Below, in pieces: positions 39,405 through 53,222 of a DNA stretch of 64,000 bases. The position numbers were made by a program, and so were the translations under genes. Within the stretch, counting starts at the first letter, position 1. Every line of letters starts with the position of its first letter. The stretch lies in contig JAWMAR010003093.1 in assembly GCA_036785375.1 (NCBI GenBank), positions 1 to 64,000 of the forward strand, read 5' to 3'. Below the pieces are notes generated by a model, which did not search any database, was not told the origin of the DNA, and worked only from the letters and a program-made list of their open reading frames with translations. The stretch comes from Leucoraja ocellata. Its lineage: Eukaryota.

Positions 39405-40222
39405 TTATGGGCAAATGCATGGCAGATGCAATATAATGTGTATACATGTGAGGATATCCACTTTGGTGGCAAAACCAAGAAAGTAGACTATTATCTGAAT
39501 GGTAGCCGATTAGGAAAAGGGGAGATGCAACGAGACCTGGGTGTCATGGTACACCAGTCATTTAAAGTAGACATGCAAGTGCAGCAGGCAGTGAAGAAGG
39601 CGAATGGTATGTTAGCATTCATAGAAAAATGATTTGAGTATAGGAGACAACACCAGGAGTATTGCGTACAGTTTGTTCTCCAAATCTGAGGAAAGACATT
39701 CTTACCATAGAGAGAGTACAGAGAACGTTCACCAGACTGATTCCTGGGATGTCAGGACTTTCATATGAAGAACGACTTGATAGACTCGGCTTGTACTCGC
39801 TACATTTTAGAAGATTGAGGGGGGGTCTTATAGAAACTTACAAAATTCTTAAGGGGTTGGACAGGCTAGATGCAGGAAGATTGTCCCCGTTGTTGGGGAA
39901 GTCCAGGACAAGGGGTGACAGTTTAACGATAAAGGGGAATTATTTTAGGACCCAGATGAGAAAAATATTCTTTTCACACAGAGAGTGGTGAATCTCTGGA
40001 ACCCTCTGCCACAGAAGGTAGTTGAGGCCAGTTCATTGGCTATATTTAAGAGGGGGTTTGATATGGCCCTTGTGGGTAAAGGGATCAGGGGGTATGGAAA
40101 GAAAGCAGGAACAGGATACTGAGTTGGATGATCAGCCATGATCATATTGAATGGCGGTCAGGCTCGAAGGGCCGAATGGCCTACTCCTGCAACTATTTTT
40201 ATGTTTCTATTTGTCTATGTTA
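39405..40222 (+). mobile_element. CR1 3' part at the B1/B2 junction
   Basis: HFGGKTKKVDYYLNG...SPNLRKDILTIERVQR...; ctatgtt tail. Confidence 0.88.
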
Positions 40223-41471
40223 ATTGGCTTGATTAAAAAAAAAGTTAAATTATCCAACTTGGCGATATGCAGAGTACTGCCCTGCCTACTTCAAAATTCA
40301 GAAGGTTCAGTAGGTAATACTTGAACTGATCATCTTCTCATATTTTAACCCTCCATAACTCATCATGGTTTTGTTCGCTGCAGAGGGAAAACAATTCTGC
40401 ATTATCCAGTCCATCTCACAATTCACACTGTCAAATACTAGCATCATTCGTGTGAGGAGAGTTGCATACTCCCTAGTTTAAATTGATCCGTAATTAATTA
40501 TTTCGAAAAATAATATCCCTGTGCCTGTGCTGTACTGCATTGTGAAGTTTCTTTTCCTGCGAATTCCTTAGGTCGAGTGCAGCAAACATGACACTTCTTT
40601 CTTAGGTCAAATCTTTCTTCAGAATGATCTATCCCCAAACATTTACAGCCGATCAGACCCATTCAATTCGTTCTATCATCTTGCACATCAACATTCGTGA
40701 TATCTCAAAAGGATTAATGCATTGAGAAGATTTCGCCCTAATATCTGGAATAACACCAACAGCTGTTCACCTCTGTGTTTTATGATTTAACACATTCATT
40801 TAAAGATAGCCTGTTGATCAAGAATATTTCTAGCCGCTGTTTATTTCCAGTCAGTTGTCACATTACACATTATATTCGCCTATTCTTTACTTCATGAAGT
40901 GGCAACAGTTGAAATACATTAATGCTGCTGTTGTAGCTGAATTGTATACGATGTCGTCTAGAAGGTTCCCTGTGGTTTACATCATTTAGACCCTGCCAAA
41001 ATATGATTATCTTTCCTTTTGAAAGGCAGCTCCACGGATATTGCAAGATGAAATTATTAATGGGTGCATGTTAAATGAAGGGAACGGTTTCTGGAAAATG
41101 CATTGCAAATGCGACAAGTAATATACTGTATTACATCGCAGCATGTGTGGATAAATGCTACAATACACGAATTTTCCTGCATCTGTGTGCCATGCGTTAA
41201 AATTAAAAAATAGAATGATGACTCGTATTTTACAGTTCCTTTGTTCTGTTGGTGCTCAGCTGGTGCCTGAGTAGTGAGCGGTCGCATAATGAGTTTGATC
41301 GCGTTGCATCACCTGGGAGCAAACTGTTTGTTCAACGGTCCACAATAAATGTCCGCGGGGAGGTGAACGCACGCAGTCCTTAAGTTTTTCAAAGAATATA
41401 GCGGTGTTTGACTTCTCACTTTGACTCCTATAAGTTTTGCACTGCATAACTGCGGACGGCTTGAAGGAAAA

Positions 41472-43842
41472 ATGAGTTGGAAGTGGCACTTGGAAGTGGA
41501 ATATTATTATTATCCAATTCTGGCAGCAATCGGAGTACCCGGTAGGTGAAGGGAACGCAGTAAGTGGGACTGAGATGTGGGATGATGTGTTGATAAAGAC
41601 AATGTCAAAGGTAAAGTGTAAATAGTGTGCGAAACGCGGGAATGCTAGACTGCATTCTTCAGGTTAGGGCGGTATTAACTAGAACATGTTTGTTTAAGAA
41701 ATTACTGCAGTTGCTGGAGATAATCGAATCTAGACAAAAATGCTGGAGAATTATACAGCGGGTGAAGCGGCATCTATGAAGCGAAGGAATAGGTGACGTT
41801 TCGGGTCGAGACTGATCAGTCTGAAGAAGGGTCTCGATCCGAAACGTCACCTATTCCTTTGTTAAGCTACTTGATCGTTGGTCGTTCATTGGATCTGGCA
41901 CAGGTTAATTCTCTTCAGGTTTAGGTGCATTGTTGCCATGTCTCTCCGGGAGCTGCAAAAAGCTTTGGTTTGCAAGAAATCCAAATTAGATCAAATGATA
42001 TTAAATATCAGTACAAACAAATCAATCTCAGTAACAGGTAGTGTAAGAGGGGAAATCGGAGTGCAGAGCGTAGTTCAAGTTTGGGAGCGCACTGCAGCGT
42101 ATCACTTCCACAAAGCCCAATGTCCGCAAGGGGATAGAGGTGAAACGGCAATGCCCTGGCATATGGAAGATCGGCTCAGAAGCCTGACAACAGAGGGGAA
42201 AGAGATGTTCTGGAGTCTGGTGGAGCGAGCTTTAAGCCTTCTCCATTTTCTGCCCGACGGAGCCGGAAGTAGAAGGAATGAGCGGGGTGAAACATGTCTC
42301 CGTTTCCAAGGGATTGTGAAGTGCAAACGCAGTCAACAGTGCGGAGTCCATTTCGTGATATGGACCCGGCGTCTTCCAGAACCATGTGCAATTTATTCTT
42401 TATAGGGCATAGATGGCCCCACAACAAGCTTTGTGCGGCACATTTGTTGAGAATTATTGTGGAAGGGTGTTGCCACTAATTATCTCGGTTTATTCTTTAG
42501 GAAGTTGAGTATCCATTCACAAGCTGGTGTGCTGCTCGCTGGGCTCTGGAGTTTATCAATGGGTTTGGATGGGAGTAGTGTTGAAGGCAAGTTCTCCAGC
42601 GGAGAAATGGGAATCTTACTTTCGACTCGTTTGTTGCCCGGCTGTTCCCGGGAAGGGTTTAGGTCCAGGACGATGTCGTCTGATGCGGACATGTTGCTGC
42701 AATATAGAGTCTGCGGTGCAACAAGTGTGGCTGGGAGACAGCTCACGCTACCTGCGTAGACCGCTGCTAACTAATCCGCACAGCTCCTTGGCAAGCACCC
42801 AGGTTTGCATGTGGGCCGGTTGTTTTCGAACAAATAAGCAAAGCGTGCCTTAAATTTATCCCCGCCTCCAAATTAGCATCGCGTTTCCCTTACATGTAAC
42901 TACAGTTTCCTCTTTTCTACACCCGCAGTGAACTTGCTGGCGATTGTGATCCTGTCGCGCAGAAATTGTGGTCTCTCCAAATGCACCACTCGGTACCTGA
43001 TGGCCATGGCGACTGTGGACCTCTCGGTGATTGTCTGCGAAGTGATATTACATCGGATTGCCGACCTTTACTGGGCGCACTCATTCCTCTTCCACAATAC
43101 CGAGTGCAGGTTCATTATGTTCCTCGCTCCCGCGGCCGTTGCCTGTTCTGTTTGGCTCACGGTCGCTTTCACATTTGATCGCTTTGTGGCCATTTCCACT
43201 CAGAATCTGAGAACCAGATACTGCACCGAGAGAACCGCGCTGGTGGTTATAGTGACCCTAACTGCGTTCTTCTGTTTACTGAACGTCCCCTGGCCTTTTG
43301 CGTACATTTATTATTTCAGGGATCGGCAGGGTATACAGTGGGGTTGCCTAATACGATATCAGTTTTATAGCCTCTCCTCGTGGATAACATTTTCCTGGAC
43401 TCAACAGCTGCTAGTCCCAGTCATTCCATTTTGTTTGATTATGCTGATGAACGTGCTCACAGTCAGACGCATTTTAGTGGCCAGTCGTGTCCGCAGCAAA
43501 CTCCGCGATCTCAGTAGTGAGGATCCCGAGATCGCAAAGCGCAGACGGTCCGTAATTTTACTCCTTGCAATCTCCAGCAGTTTTATGCTGCTCTGGGGCA
43601 CAAACGTGGCATATTTCGTATTCTATCGATGTACGATTGCATTTAAGTTCAGGGGGTTGAAGAACCCATTTGCACCATTTGAACAAACTGGAATTCTGCT
43701 ACAATTGTTGAACACCTGCACAAACACGCTCATTTACACCGTGACCCAGAGGAGGTTCAGAGAGCATTTCCTTCAGGTACTCATGTACCCCTTCACCATA
43801 ACTGTACGTTTAATAAAATCGAGAAATCCTAGTGTAAAATAA
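41472..43842 (+). CDS. GPR139-like GPCR, copy 3; exon 1 41472-41541, exon 2 42929-43842; ~327 aa
   Basis: Exon 1 MSWKWHLEVEYYYYPILAAIGVP+G then gtagg. cccgcag acceptor ending at 42928. Open 7TM frame. Confidence 0.92.
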
Positions 43843-46800
43843 CATTACATTACTGATCCCTCCGTGAGTCAGTGTAAACACTAGGTAATGAAGGAGTTTT
43901 CTCTGAAATCATTCCGCATCAATTTTCAAAGAAATAGTTGAGAAATAGAATCCGAACGCGTCGCCTGCACTGGAAAGCACATTTGGCCATCTATTTAACA
44001 TGCGACACGGGCGCGTTGTTCAAAGTGCCCAGTGGGGAGGGCGGCCATGTTTAACCGAGTTCTATGTTGTACTGGAGCAGACCTCCAATGATTCGGGAAT
44101 TGAGTCTCGCCGTTAACTGTTTCCACCTTCCTTTGAATCGAGCGGCAACGTCTCCAGCGCGCAATGAAAACAGACATAGAATTATGGTCCTAAACATTGC
44201 ATGCTCCATTACTCTACAATTCTTTGAGACGTCCCATGGTTACGTATGTAAATGCCCAGTGCACAAATGTGTTTAATAAAATTCTTGCTGCAACATTTAC
44301 GTTAATGAAAGTGCGATTTTATATTTGTTTCTCGCACTGAATGTAAAGCCTCGTTGCTTCTTCCAGAGGCTTTCGGTTTTCAGTACAATTAGTAACTCTG
44401 CACCAGATGCAGCCAAAGGTACTGGGTGCTATTCATACAAGTTGGCATTACTAACTATATTTTTAATGCAAGCAGTGTGTAATAAGCGAGTGTCCAGTAG
44501 AGGGCGGTAAAGTGAGTAAGTTCACCTGTGTGGTAAAGATATGCTGAATCTATTTACATTAATGTCCCACCTCCATTGATGCAGCGCCGATGCTGGAGCT
44601 CTGCCTATTTTAGATTCGAGGGAATGCTCAGAGAGTCGGATTTATCTCCTCCTGCAGGGCAAGGAAATGTGGGAAATCCATTAATTTATTTTCCCCACCG
44701 ATGGCGGCTGTGATCTGTATAGCTCCAAATTTGAGTTGAGCAATCTCTCCCCAAATCCTCCTCTCCCGACGCGGTAACATTTACATTTTTACATATTCCG
44801 ATTGACGTTTTTCCCCTCGAGTCGGAGACACCTTCACTGAACATTTTATGCTTTATTTCTTGACTTATTACTGATTAAAAGTAAGTAAGAAGTTTAAAAA
44901 CGTCAAAATAATTTGACTTTAAATCGACCAGCTGCTTAATGGCACGGCTAGCAGTGAACAGCGTCCCTGAAGATTTCATCCTATATTTCACGTTATTCGC
45001 GATTAAAACATTAAAATTGTCAACTTTCACAATATTGTTTACATATTCTGGCCCACATTTATCCCCTCCAGGCAGAGAGCACCTTCGCTGAACATGTGAT
45101 GCTTTATTTTTCGGCATTACTGATTAAAGTTTTTAAAAATCAAATTGCTGTGAAAATTAAAACGGCTAGCTGCAACTGATGACGTCACGATGGCTCGGCT
45201 AGCAGTGATCAGCTTCACATTCCAGAGGGAAAGAATCCAAGTATGACCAATCTCTCCCTGCACCACTAATCCAGCCGCCATTCCGATAAATGAGCAACTG
45301 CGGCTCTAAAACACGCTGTTCTTATTAAATGTGTCCATCTTGCTGAATTGGCAAATACATTCCCTAATTGCTTTGCTACTGGTCACCAATTAGTACAGCG
45401 TGCTAGTTTAGTTAGTTTACATTAGTTCTTGATATGCGTGGATAGGGTAGACTGTCAGAAATTTGATTTTCCCAACGGTCGGTTCTAACCGGGATGGCTG
45501 GACTGGCATATGTTGAACGAATCGAGCGACTGAGCTTGTATACACTGGAGTTTAGAAGGATGAGAGGGCATCTTATTGAAACATATAATGTTATTGAGTG
45601 TTTGGACACGCTAGAGGCAGGAAAATTGTTCCAGATGTTGGGGGAGCCCAGAACCAGGGCCACTGTTTAAGAATAAGGGGTAAGCCATTTAACCATATAA
45701 CCATATAACCATATAACAATTACAGCACGGAAACAGGCCATCTCGACCCGTCTAGTCCGTGCCGAAAACGTATGCTGCCCTAGTCCCATATACCTGCGTT
45801 CAGAGCATAAATCTCCATTCCTTTCCCGTCCATATAACTATGCAAGTTATTTTTAATTTATAAAAACGACCTGCCTCCACCACCTTCACTGGAAGCTCAT
45901 TCCACACTGCCACCACTCTCTGAGTAAAGAAGTTCCCCCTCATGTTACCCCTAAACTTCTGTCCCTTAATTCTCAAGTCATGTCCCCTTGTTTGAATCTT
46001 CCCTACTCTCAGTGGAAAAAGCTTATCCACGTCAACTCTCTCTATCCCTCTCATCATTTAAACACCTCTATCAAGACCCCCCTTAACCTACTGCGCTCCA
46101 ATGAATAAAGCCCTAACTTGTGCAGCCTTTCTCTGTAACTTAGTTGCTGAAACCCTGGCAACATTCTAGTACTCCCTCTATATCTCCTCTGTACTCCCTC
46201 TATTTTGTTGACATCCTTCTTATAATTAGGCGGCCAAAATTGTACACCACACTACAGAATTTGGCCTCACCAATGCCCTGTACAATTTTAACATTACATC
46301 ACAACTTCTATACTTAATGCTCTGATTTCTAAAGGCCAGCACACCAAAAGCTTTCTTTACCACCCTATTTATATGAGATTCCACTTTTAGGAAACTGTGC
46401 ACAGTTATTCCCTGATCCCTCTGTTCACCTGCATTCTTCAATTCCCTACCATTTACCGTGTACGTCCTATTTAGATGTAGATGATGAAACAAATATCCAC
46501 ACAGTGTGGTGAGTATGTGGTATTCTCTGCCTCAGGGTGTCGGTTCTCTGGATACTGTCAAGAGAGAGCTGGAGAGGGCTCTTAAAAATATCGGAGTCAG
46601 GGGATATGAGGAGAATGCAGGAACGGGATACTGATTGGGGATGATCAGCCATGATCACATTGAATGGCGGTGTTGGCTCGAAGGGCCGAATGGACTACTG
46701 CTGCACATATTGTCTATTCAAAGGAAGCTAATCTGCTTTTTTCCATCTCCGTCCTATCTGTAGTATCTTCTCTCTCTGCTTCCAGACCCATAAACTAATT

Positions 46801-47029
46801 TATTGCACAAACACATGTGTTACTTTTTAAGCTAGGGGGGCTCGACTGTGGCAAGTAAATTAACAGGCGCAATCCTCGGCAACGTGCAGGATCGTTTCGT
46901 TGAACACCTCCGCTCAATTCGCCTCCAACGTGTCCAATCCCTTAATAATCTATTATGTTTCAAAAATATCTCCTCTCATCCTACTAAATTCCAGTGTATA
47001 CAAGCCCAGCCGCTCCATTATATTCACAT

Positions 47030-47935
47030 ATTCAGATTCAGATTCAAATTCAGATTCAGATTCAACTTTAATTGTCATTGTCAGTGTACAGTACAGAGAC
47101 AACGAAATGCAGTTAGCATCTCCCTGGAAGAGCAACATAGAATACGATTCCAATAAATAAATCTATTTACATGCATACAGTCGTGGTGTTTTTCCTGTGG
47201 GAGGAGTGTCCGGGCGGGTGGAAGGGGTGGGGGTGACCGAGGTACATTGTTGAGTAGTGTGACAGCCGCAGGGAAGAAGCTGTTCCTGGACCTGCTTTTC
47301 CGGCAAAGGAGAGACCTGTAGCGCATCCCGGATGGTATGTGGGTAAACAGTCCATGGTTGCGGTGAGAGCAGTCCTTGGTGATGCTGAGCGCCCTTCGCA
47401 GACAACGTTTGCTTTGGACAGACTCAAGGGACGGGAGTGTGGAACCGGTGATGCGTTGGGCAATTTTCACCACCCTCTGCAGTGCTTTCCGGTCGGACAC
47501 AGAGCAGTTGACAAACCATACTGTGATACAGTTGGTAAGGATGCTCTCGATGGTGCAGCGGTAGAAGTTCACCAGAATCTGAGGAGACAGGTGGACCTTC
47601 TTCAGTCTCCTCAGGAAGAAGAGACGCTGGTGAGCCCTCTTGACCAGAGTTGAGATATTGTGGATCCAAGATAGGTCATCGGAGATGTTGACCCCCAGGA
47701 ACCTGAAGCTGGAAACACGTTCCACCTTGATGTGGATGGGGGTGCGCGTGGCGCCCCTAGACTTCCTGAAATCTACAATGAGCTCCTTGGTCTTCTTGGA
47801 GTTAAATACCCAGGTTGTTGTCAGCGCACCATGGTGCTAGGAGCTGGACCTCCTCCCTATAGGCCGACTCGTCATTGTTGCTGATGAGGCCAATCACCGT
47901 TGTATCATCTGCATACTTGATGATGGTGTTCAGTC
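47030..47935 (-). mobile_element. Rex1/Babar-type LINE 3' part (paralog of 33277-34215)
   Basis: ORF 47081..47725. Confidence 0.88.
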
Positions 47936-50615
47936 GTAAGTGAATCAGAATCTGAATCTGAATCAGAATGACCATATTTTGCTCATATACTCAATTACAC
48001 TTGTTATGAAGGCCTTTCTCCACTGCCTGCTGTATCTGCATACTTACTTTCAGTGGGTGATGTACAAGGACCCCAATTGATACACATCGCCTTCTCGGGA
48101 GCAAACGTTTCCTTCCCGTTCCAGTTAAATATTTCCCTTCTCGCCATAAAACCTAATTCCTCTGGTTCTTGATACTCCAACTCTGGGTAAAGTACAAGAT
48201 ACAAGATACATTTATTTGTCACATGTACCAGTTGGTACAGTGAAATGTGTGGTCACCATATAACCATACAATTAAATAAAGAACACAACACACGATAGAG
48301 TCCAACATAAAACATTCCCACACAGCAGAATCAAAGTTTCCCACTGTGATTCACGTGTAATTCACGTTGTCCAATCGATAATGATTTCATACACTCAGCC
48401 TCCTCCGCCCAATGAATATAGGCTCAAGATATCAAATGTCCGCCGTGGACACAGGCCCTTCGTCCCACATAATCTACGCATCCCAACGATCACCCCATAC
48501 AGTAGCACTGCACTACAAGCTGGAAACAAGTTACAATTTGCAGATGTTAAAAAAATACGCATTTCGAGTCTGAGAAGAATCCGGAGCACCCGGAGAAAAC
48601 CCAGGCAGTCATCAGAATCAGAATCGGAATCAGAATGCGGTTTATTGTCATTATTTATTTAGCTAATGCAAAGTCCTTTAGCCAAGCAGTTGCCTCTTGA
48701 TCTGCTGTATGAAGGGTGACAAGTCCTCCTTTGAGTCTTTGTTGAGGACATGCATCATTGTTTGCTGCTCACCACATGCACACCGTGAGGTTGGACTGCC
48801 ATTTAAACATAGGTTCAAACGCAATTACGTCCCTGCAGTCATAACAACAACAAAAAAAAAAAATTATCTCAATTGCACACAAACATCCATCACAGTGAAT
48901 CTCCAAACAACTCCTCACTGTGATGGGAGGCAAAAGTATTATGTCTTCCCTTCTCTGTCCTTTATTCTTCTTCCGCAGTCTAGCAGTCAAATTGCTGCAT
49001 CGAGCTGATCGAGGCTTTTGATGTTGGAGCCCCCGGGGGGCGATGGTAAGGACCGCGCCGCGTCGGGCGATAGAGAGTCCTGCTACGGGTCGATTTAAAC
49101 CCCTCGATTCGAGCGGGAGATGTTGCCGTTGCGCAAGCTCCGAAAAACGGTCTCCCGCCAGGGACCTGCGAGCTCCCGATGTTACCGCCCACAGGGTCGC
49201 AGCCGCGCGTCGCCACAGCGCTCCGCGCTCCGACGTCGGACCGCTCCGCGATGGTGAGTCCGCAGGGTGTGCGACTGGAGCCCCGGGGCGATTCCGATTG
49301 GACCCCGCCGGCTGCACGATGTTAGTCCCCAACGACAACGGAGACTCGACAGGGAAAAGGTCGAGTTCGAGTCCCCGTACAGGGAAGAGATTTAAAAGCC
49401 CCCCTTCCCCCGCCCCACACCCCCCCCCCCCCTGCAAACGTCCTCCCTCCACACACACAAACAGAGCTAATAAACCAAAACATACACCTAACAAGGCTAA
49501 AAGAAATAAAAGACAGACAGACCGTAGGGGCCGCTGCCGCGAGGCGCCGCCATTTTGTCCAAACGGGAGAATTTACTAAATCGTTACTGTCAGCACTGTA
49601 CTCAGGATCTAAACGAGACTCTGACAGTGTAATGCCCCTGTCCCACTTAGGAATTAGTTTACCTTCCGGTGGGTCTTCAGTGTAAGGGAGCAACTCTCCA
49701 GCTACGACACTATGCCGCCTAATTTATTCCTACACTGCTCAAACTATCCTTTTTGCGAAGTCCCTCGAGGGAGTATAGTAGAGCTATGATCTAGTGAAGG
49801 TGTTGTCATGTTGCTGTTGTGGAGGAATTCCCAGACTATAGCGATGCAGAGAAGTAATTCAGTACCGGCTCATGGAACAAAAACAGTAATTACTGCATTA
49901 AGGTATTTGCACATTTGTGCAGTCACCCATTGGGAAAGGCGCCAGGCGTATTCAAAGGGTTTAATTTTACTTACCTCACGGGCATATCCATCAGGGTATT
50001 TATTTTAGCAGTTACTGTAGCTATGCATCTGGTGTCTAGTGATATATCCAGCGACACAGATCTGGATTACTCAGCAAGGCCCAATGGTGAACTACCCATC
50101 TGCATTACTGCATCCGCCATTTGCGGTAAATAGTTTGGTTTATTGACTTCCTATTCTTCCCGCGTCCCGGACGATTTTTCTGCAATAAGTGAAGGCCAAT
50201 GACCACCTGAAATTAGAAAGTCTGCCAGGGTGTTGGTGAAGTGGAATTGGTTAACGTAATTGTGACAATTCCGGGCCAGCCAATCCTCCATCCAGTGACA
50301 ACCTAGTTTGTCTGATTAAAACATAAAATTCTGCCGTTATTAACCAGGTTACCCAGGACTGAGAGAGAATGAAACAGAACACACGTTTCAGATCTCTGGT
50401 CACATGTTATATCCCGCTGTCATAAGAGTTCTTGTAATTCTCTGCAGCTCGCGGCTAATGTTATGGAAACGGATTCCGGAGAAGCAGCTCACAGTTGGAA
50501 ACAATAAAACCACCAGGACACCTGCACACAATGAAAGCAAACCGACAACTGAGAAAGAAAAGGAAAGCAGGCACATCCTACCGCATGAGCGGAGCAGAGA
50601 GCAAGACAAAAGCGA

Positions 50616-50653
50616 TGTTTTTGTAAGGGGCTTAACTTGTTTCCATCACTGTG
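50616..50653 (-). promoter_or_regulatory. Recombination signal sequence of V2 (22-nt spacer)
   Basis: CACAGTG (50653-50647), 22 nt, ACAAAAACA (50624-50616). Identical to the V1 RSS. Confidence 0.93.
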
Positions 50654-51124
50654 CGCCACAGTGCGCAGTAATAGACTGCAGAGTCGCTGAGATCCAGCCC
50701 TGAGATACTCAAGCTGGTGAACTTAGTCGCGGTATTGAGCTCAATAGAGAAACGAGTGTCAGCGTATTGGGCCTTATCTTCATTGTTGCCGTTGTCTCTC
50801 GACACAGTAAACTCGGGCTGCATGCCTGGATATTGTCGGTACCAGAATAAAGCATATGCTGTCCATGTGGTATCATAGTTGCAGGTTAAAGTCACCGCTT
50901 CTCCTTTTGTCTTCGTCACCGAGGGCAGTGGCTGTGTGACAGATTCTCCGTGAACGGTGACTGTAAAATAAATATATTTAGATAGTAACAGATACCTGAG
51001 TGCTATAAAGTTGCACTTCTCAAGCCAAAATCTCACTGAGTAGGGCGAGGGGAACTGAAAATATTGATCCAGAATTACCTATCAGAAACGCTCCCCACAC
51101 GACACAGATGCCGAGGAAACGCAT
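50654..51124 (-). CDS. T-cell receptor alpha/delta-type V segment V2; leader exon 51124-51079, V exon 50960-50654
   Basis: Leader MRFLGICVVWGAFLI+G then gtaatt. V exon ...TCNYDTTWTAYALFWYRQ...DSAVYYCALW. 15 nt differences from V1 over the 307-nt V exon, counted by eye. Confidence 0.93.
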
Positions 51125-51747
51125 TTTGACCGTTCACTATGTACTAGCTGAGTTCGAAACTTGAAGAGACAAAAACTGGATCGCGTCTGCTGGTCTCCGG
51201 ATGTTCGCTGTCACTGCCATGTGCCCCCAGTGATGGAGTCAGAGATGTGGGTGGGCAGCGGGGTCTTAGCCAATTAAAATACACGTAGCCGGAATCCAGC
51301 TTCCCCCCGAGAGTATTCGCATCCGCTTGAATAAACCGTGATTGAGGAAGGCATATTTGTTCTTGTAACCGGTGGTGAAGGTGCGAAGCCTGAGATTGTT
51401 AAGCGAAATAATAATAGGTGCATATTCACAAATGGAATAGATCGGGTAAACTCACAGAGTCTCTTGGCCAGATTAGGTGGATCGAGAAACAGAGAACATA
51501 GATTCAAAGTGAGTGGGGAGTAGATTTAATAGAGACCTGAAGGGTAACTTTTTCATACAAAGGGGGCGGCGCTTGGAACGAGCTGCCGGAGGTAGTAGTT
51601 AAGGCAGGCATAATCGCAGGGTTTATGAAGAGCGTTGACATATACATGGATAGAACGGATGTTGAGGATATGGACGAAATGCATGCAGGTAGGACTAGTG
51701 AAGATGGAACATGTTGGCTGGTGTGGGCAATTTGGGCCGAAGGGTGT

Positions 51748-52283
51748 ACAGTGTCCTGGTGAGACCACACCTGGAGTATTGTGTACAGTTGTGGTCTCCT
51801 AATCTGAAGAAAGACATTCTTGTACAGAGAAGGTTCACCAGACTGATTCCTGGGATGTCAGGACTTTGATATGAAGAAAGACGGGATAGACTCGACTTGT
51901 ACGCGCTAGAATTTAGAAGATTGAGGGGAGATCTTATTGAAACTTACAAAATTCTTAAGGGGTTCGACAGATTAGATGCAGGAACCTTGTTCCCGATGTT
52001 GGGGAAGTCCAGAACAAGGGGTTACAGTTTAAGGATAAGGGGGAAATCTTTTAGGACCGAGATGAGGAAAACATTTTTCACACAGAGAGTGGTGAATCTC
52101 TGGAATTCTCTGCCACAGAAGGCAGTTGAGGCCAGTTCATTGGCTATATTCAAGAGGGAGTTAGAGGTGGCAGGTACAGGATACTGAGTTGGATGATCAG
52201 CCATGATCATATTGAATGGCGGTGCAGGCTCGAAGGGCCGAATAGCCTACTTCTGCACCTATTTTTATGTTTCTATGTTTCTA
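51748..52283 (+). mobile_element. CR1 3' end inserted only in B2
   Basis: ORF 51897..52187; absent at the paralogous site ~38112. Confidence 0.85.
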
Positions 52284-52466
52284 ACGGTGTGTTTCCACGC
52301 AGTAAGACTCTATGATGCCACGATTCTAAAAAGAAACACCACAGTATTAACGTCATCCGTCCAAAGGCTACGGGCAGATGTGCAGTCGCTTCGGCCGTGT
52401 GGAGAAAATGGGAATTATTACGATGTTTCGATGTATACATTGAGAAATGCACGTGATTTCTATACG

Positions 52467-53222
52467 AGTCAAGTCAAGTCAAGTCAAGTTTATTCGTCAC
52501 ATACACGTACGAGATGTCAGTGAAATGAAAAGTGCTGCGGCGTGTGATGTCCATGTCATATCCTCAGAGATGTGGACTCCCAGATATTTAAAAGAGTTCA
52601 CCCTATCCACAGTATCCCCATTTATGCTCAATGGCGTGTACGTCCTCGGATGATGTGCCCTCCTAAAGTCCATGATCAGCTACTTAGTTTTTTGATGTTC
52701 AATCGGAGGCTGTTGTCCTGACCCCAGAGTGCTAGATCAGCCACCTCCTCTCGGTCGGCCTTCTCATCGTTGTCTGAGATCCGGCCCACTACCACAGTGT
52801 CATCAGCAAACTTGATTATTGAGTTGGAGCTGAACCTAGCCACACAGTCATGTGTGTACAGGGAGTACAATGGGGGGCTGAGGACGCAACCCTGGGGCGA
52901 TCCTGTGCTCAGTGTGAGGGACTTCGATGTATTTCCTCCCATCTTGACTACCTGGGGCCTGGCGGTGAGAAAGTACAGGGCCCAGGCACACAGTGGGGTG
53001 TTGAGCCACAATTCTATTAGCTTCCCGGCCAGTCTATGAACAGCATCCTCACGTAGCCCCCCTTCTGGCTGTCCAGATGGGAGAGAGCGGTGTGCAAAAC
53101 CTGGGAGACCGCATCGTCCGTGGATCTGTTCGGACGGTATGCGAACTGTAACAGGTCTATGTTGCGAGGGAGGAAGGCGCAGATGTGTTTCTTCACCAGC
53201 CTCTCGAAGCATTTCATGAATA
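52467..53222 (-). mobile_element. Rex1-type LINE RT fragment inserted only in B2
   Basis: [11 protein letters not shown]...THDCVA...[12 protein letters not shown] and MKCFERLVK...[13 protein letters not shown]; (TTGAC)n tail; absent at ~38295. Confidence 0.88.

Larger units (their letters stand above)
25915..39410. repeat. Segmental duplication unit B1 (GPCR copy 2 + V1)
   Basis: Collinear with ~40320-54400; paired ORFs 33327/47081, 36135/49808, 36961/50632, 38809/53763. Confidence 0.9.
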
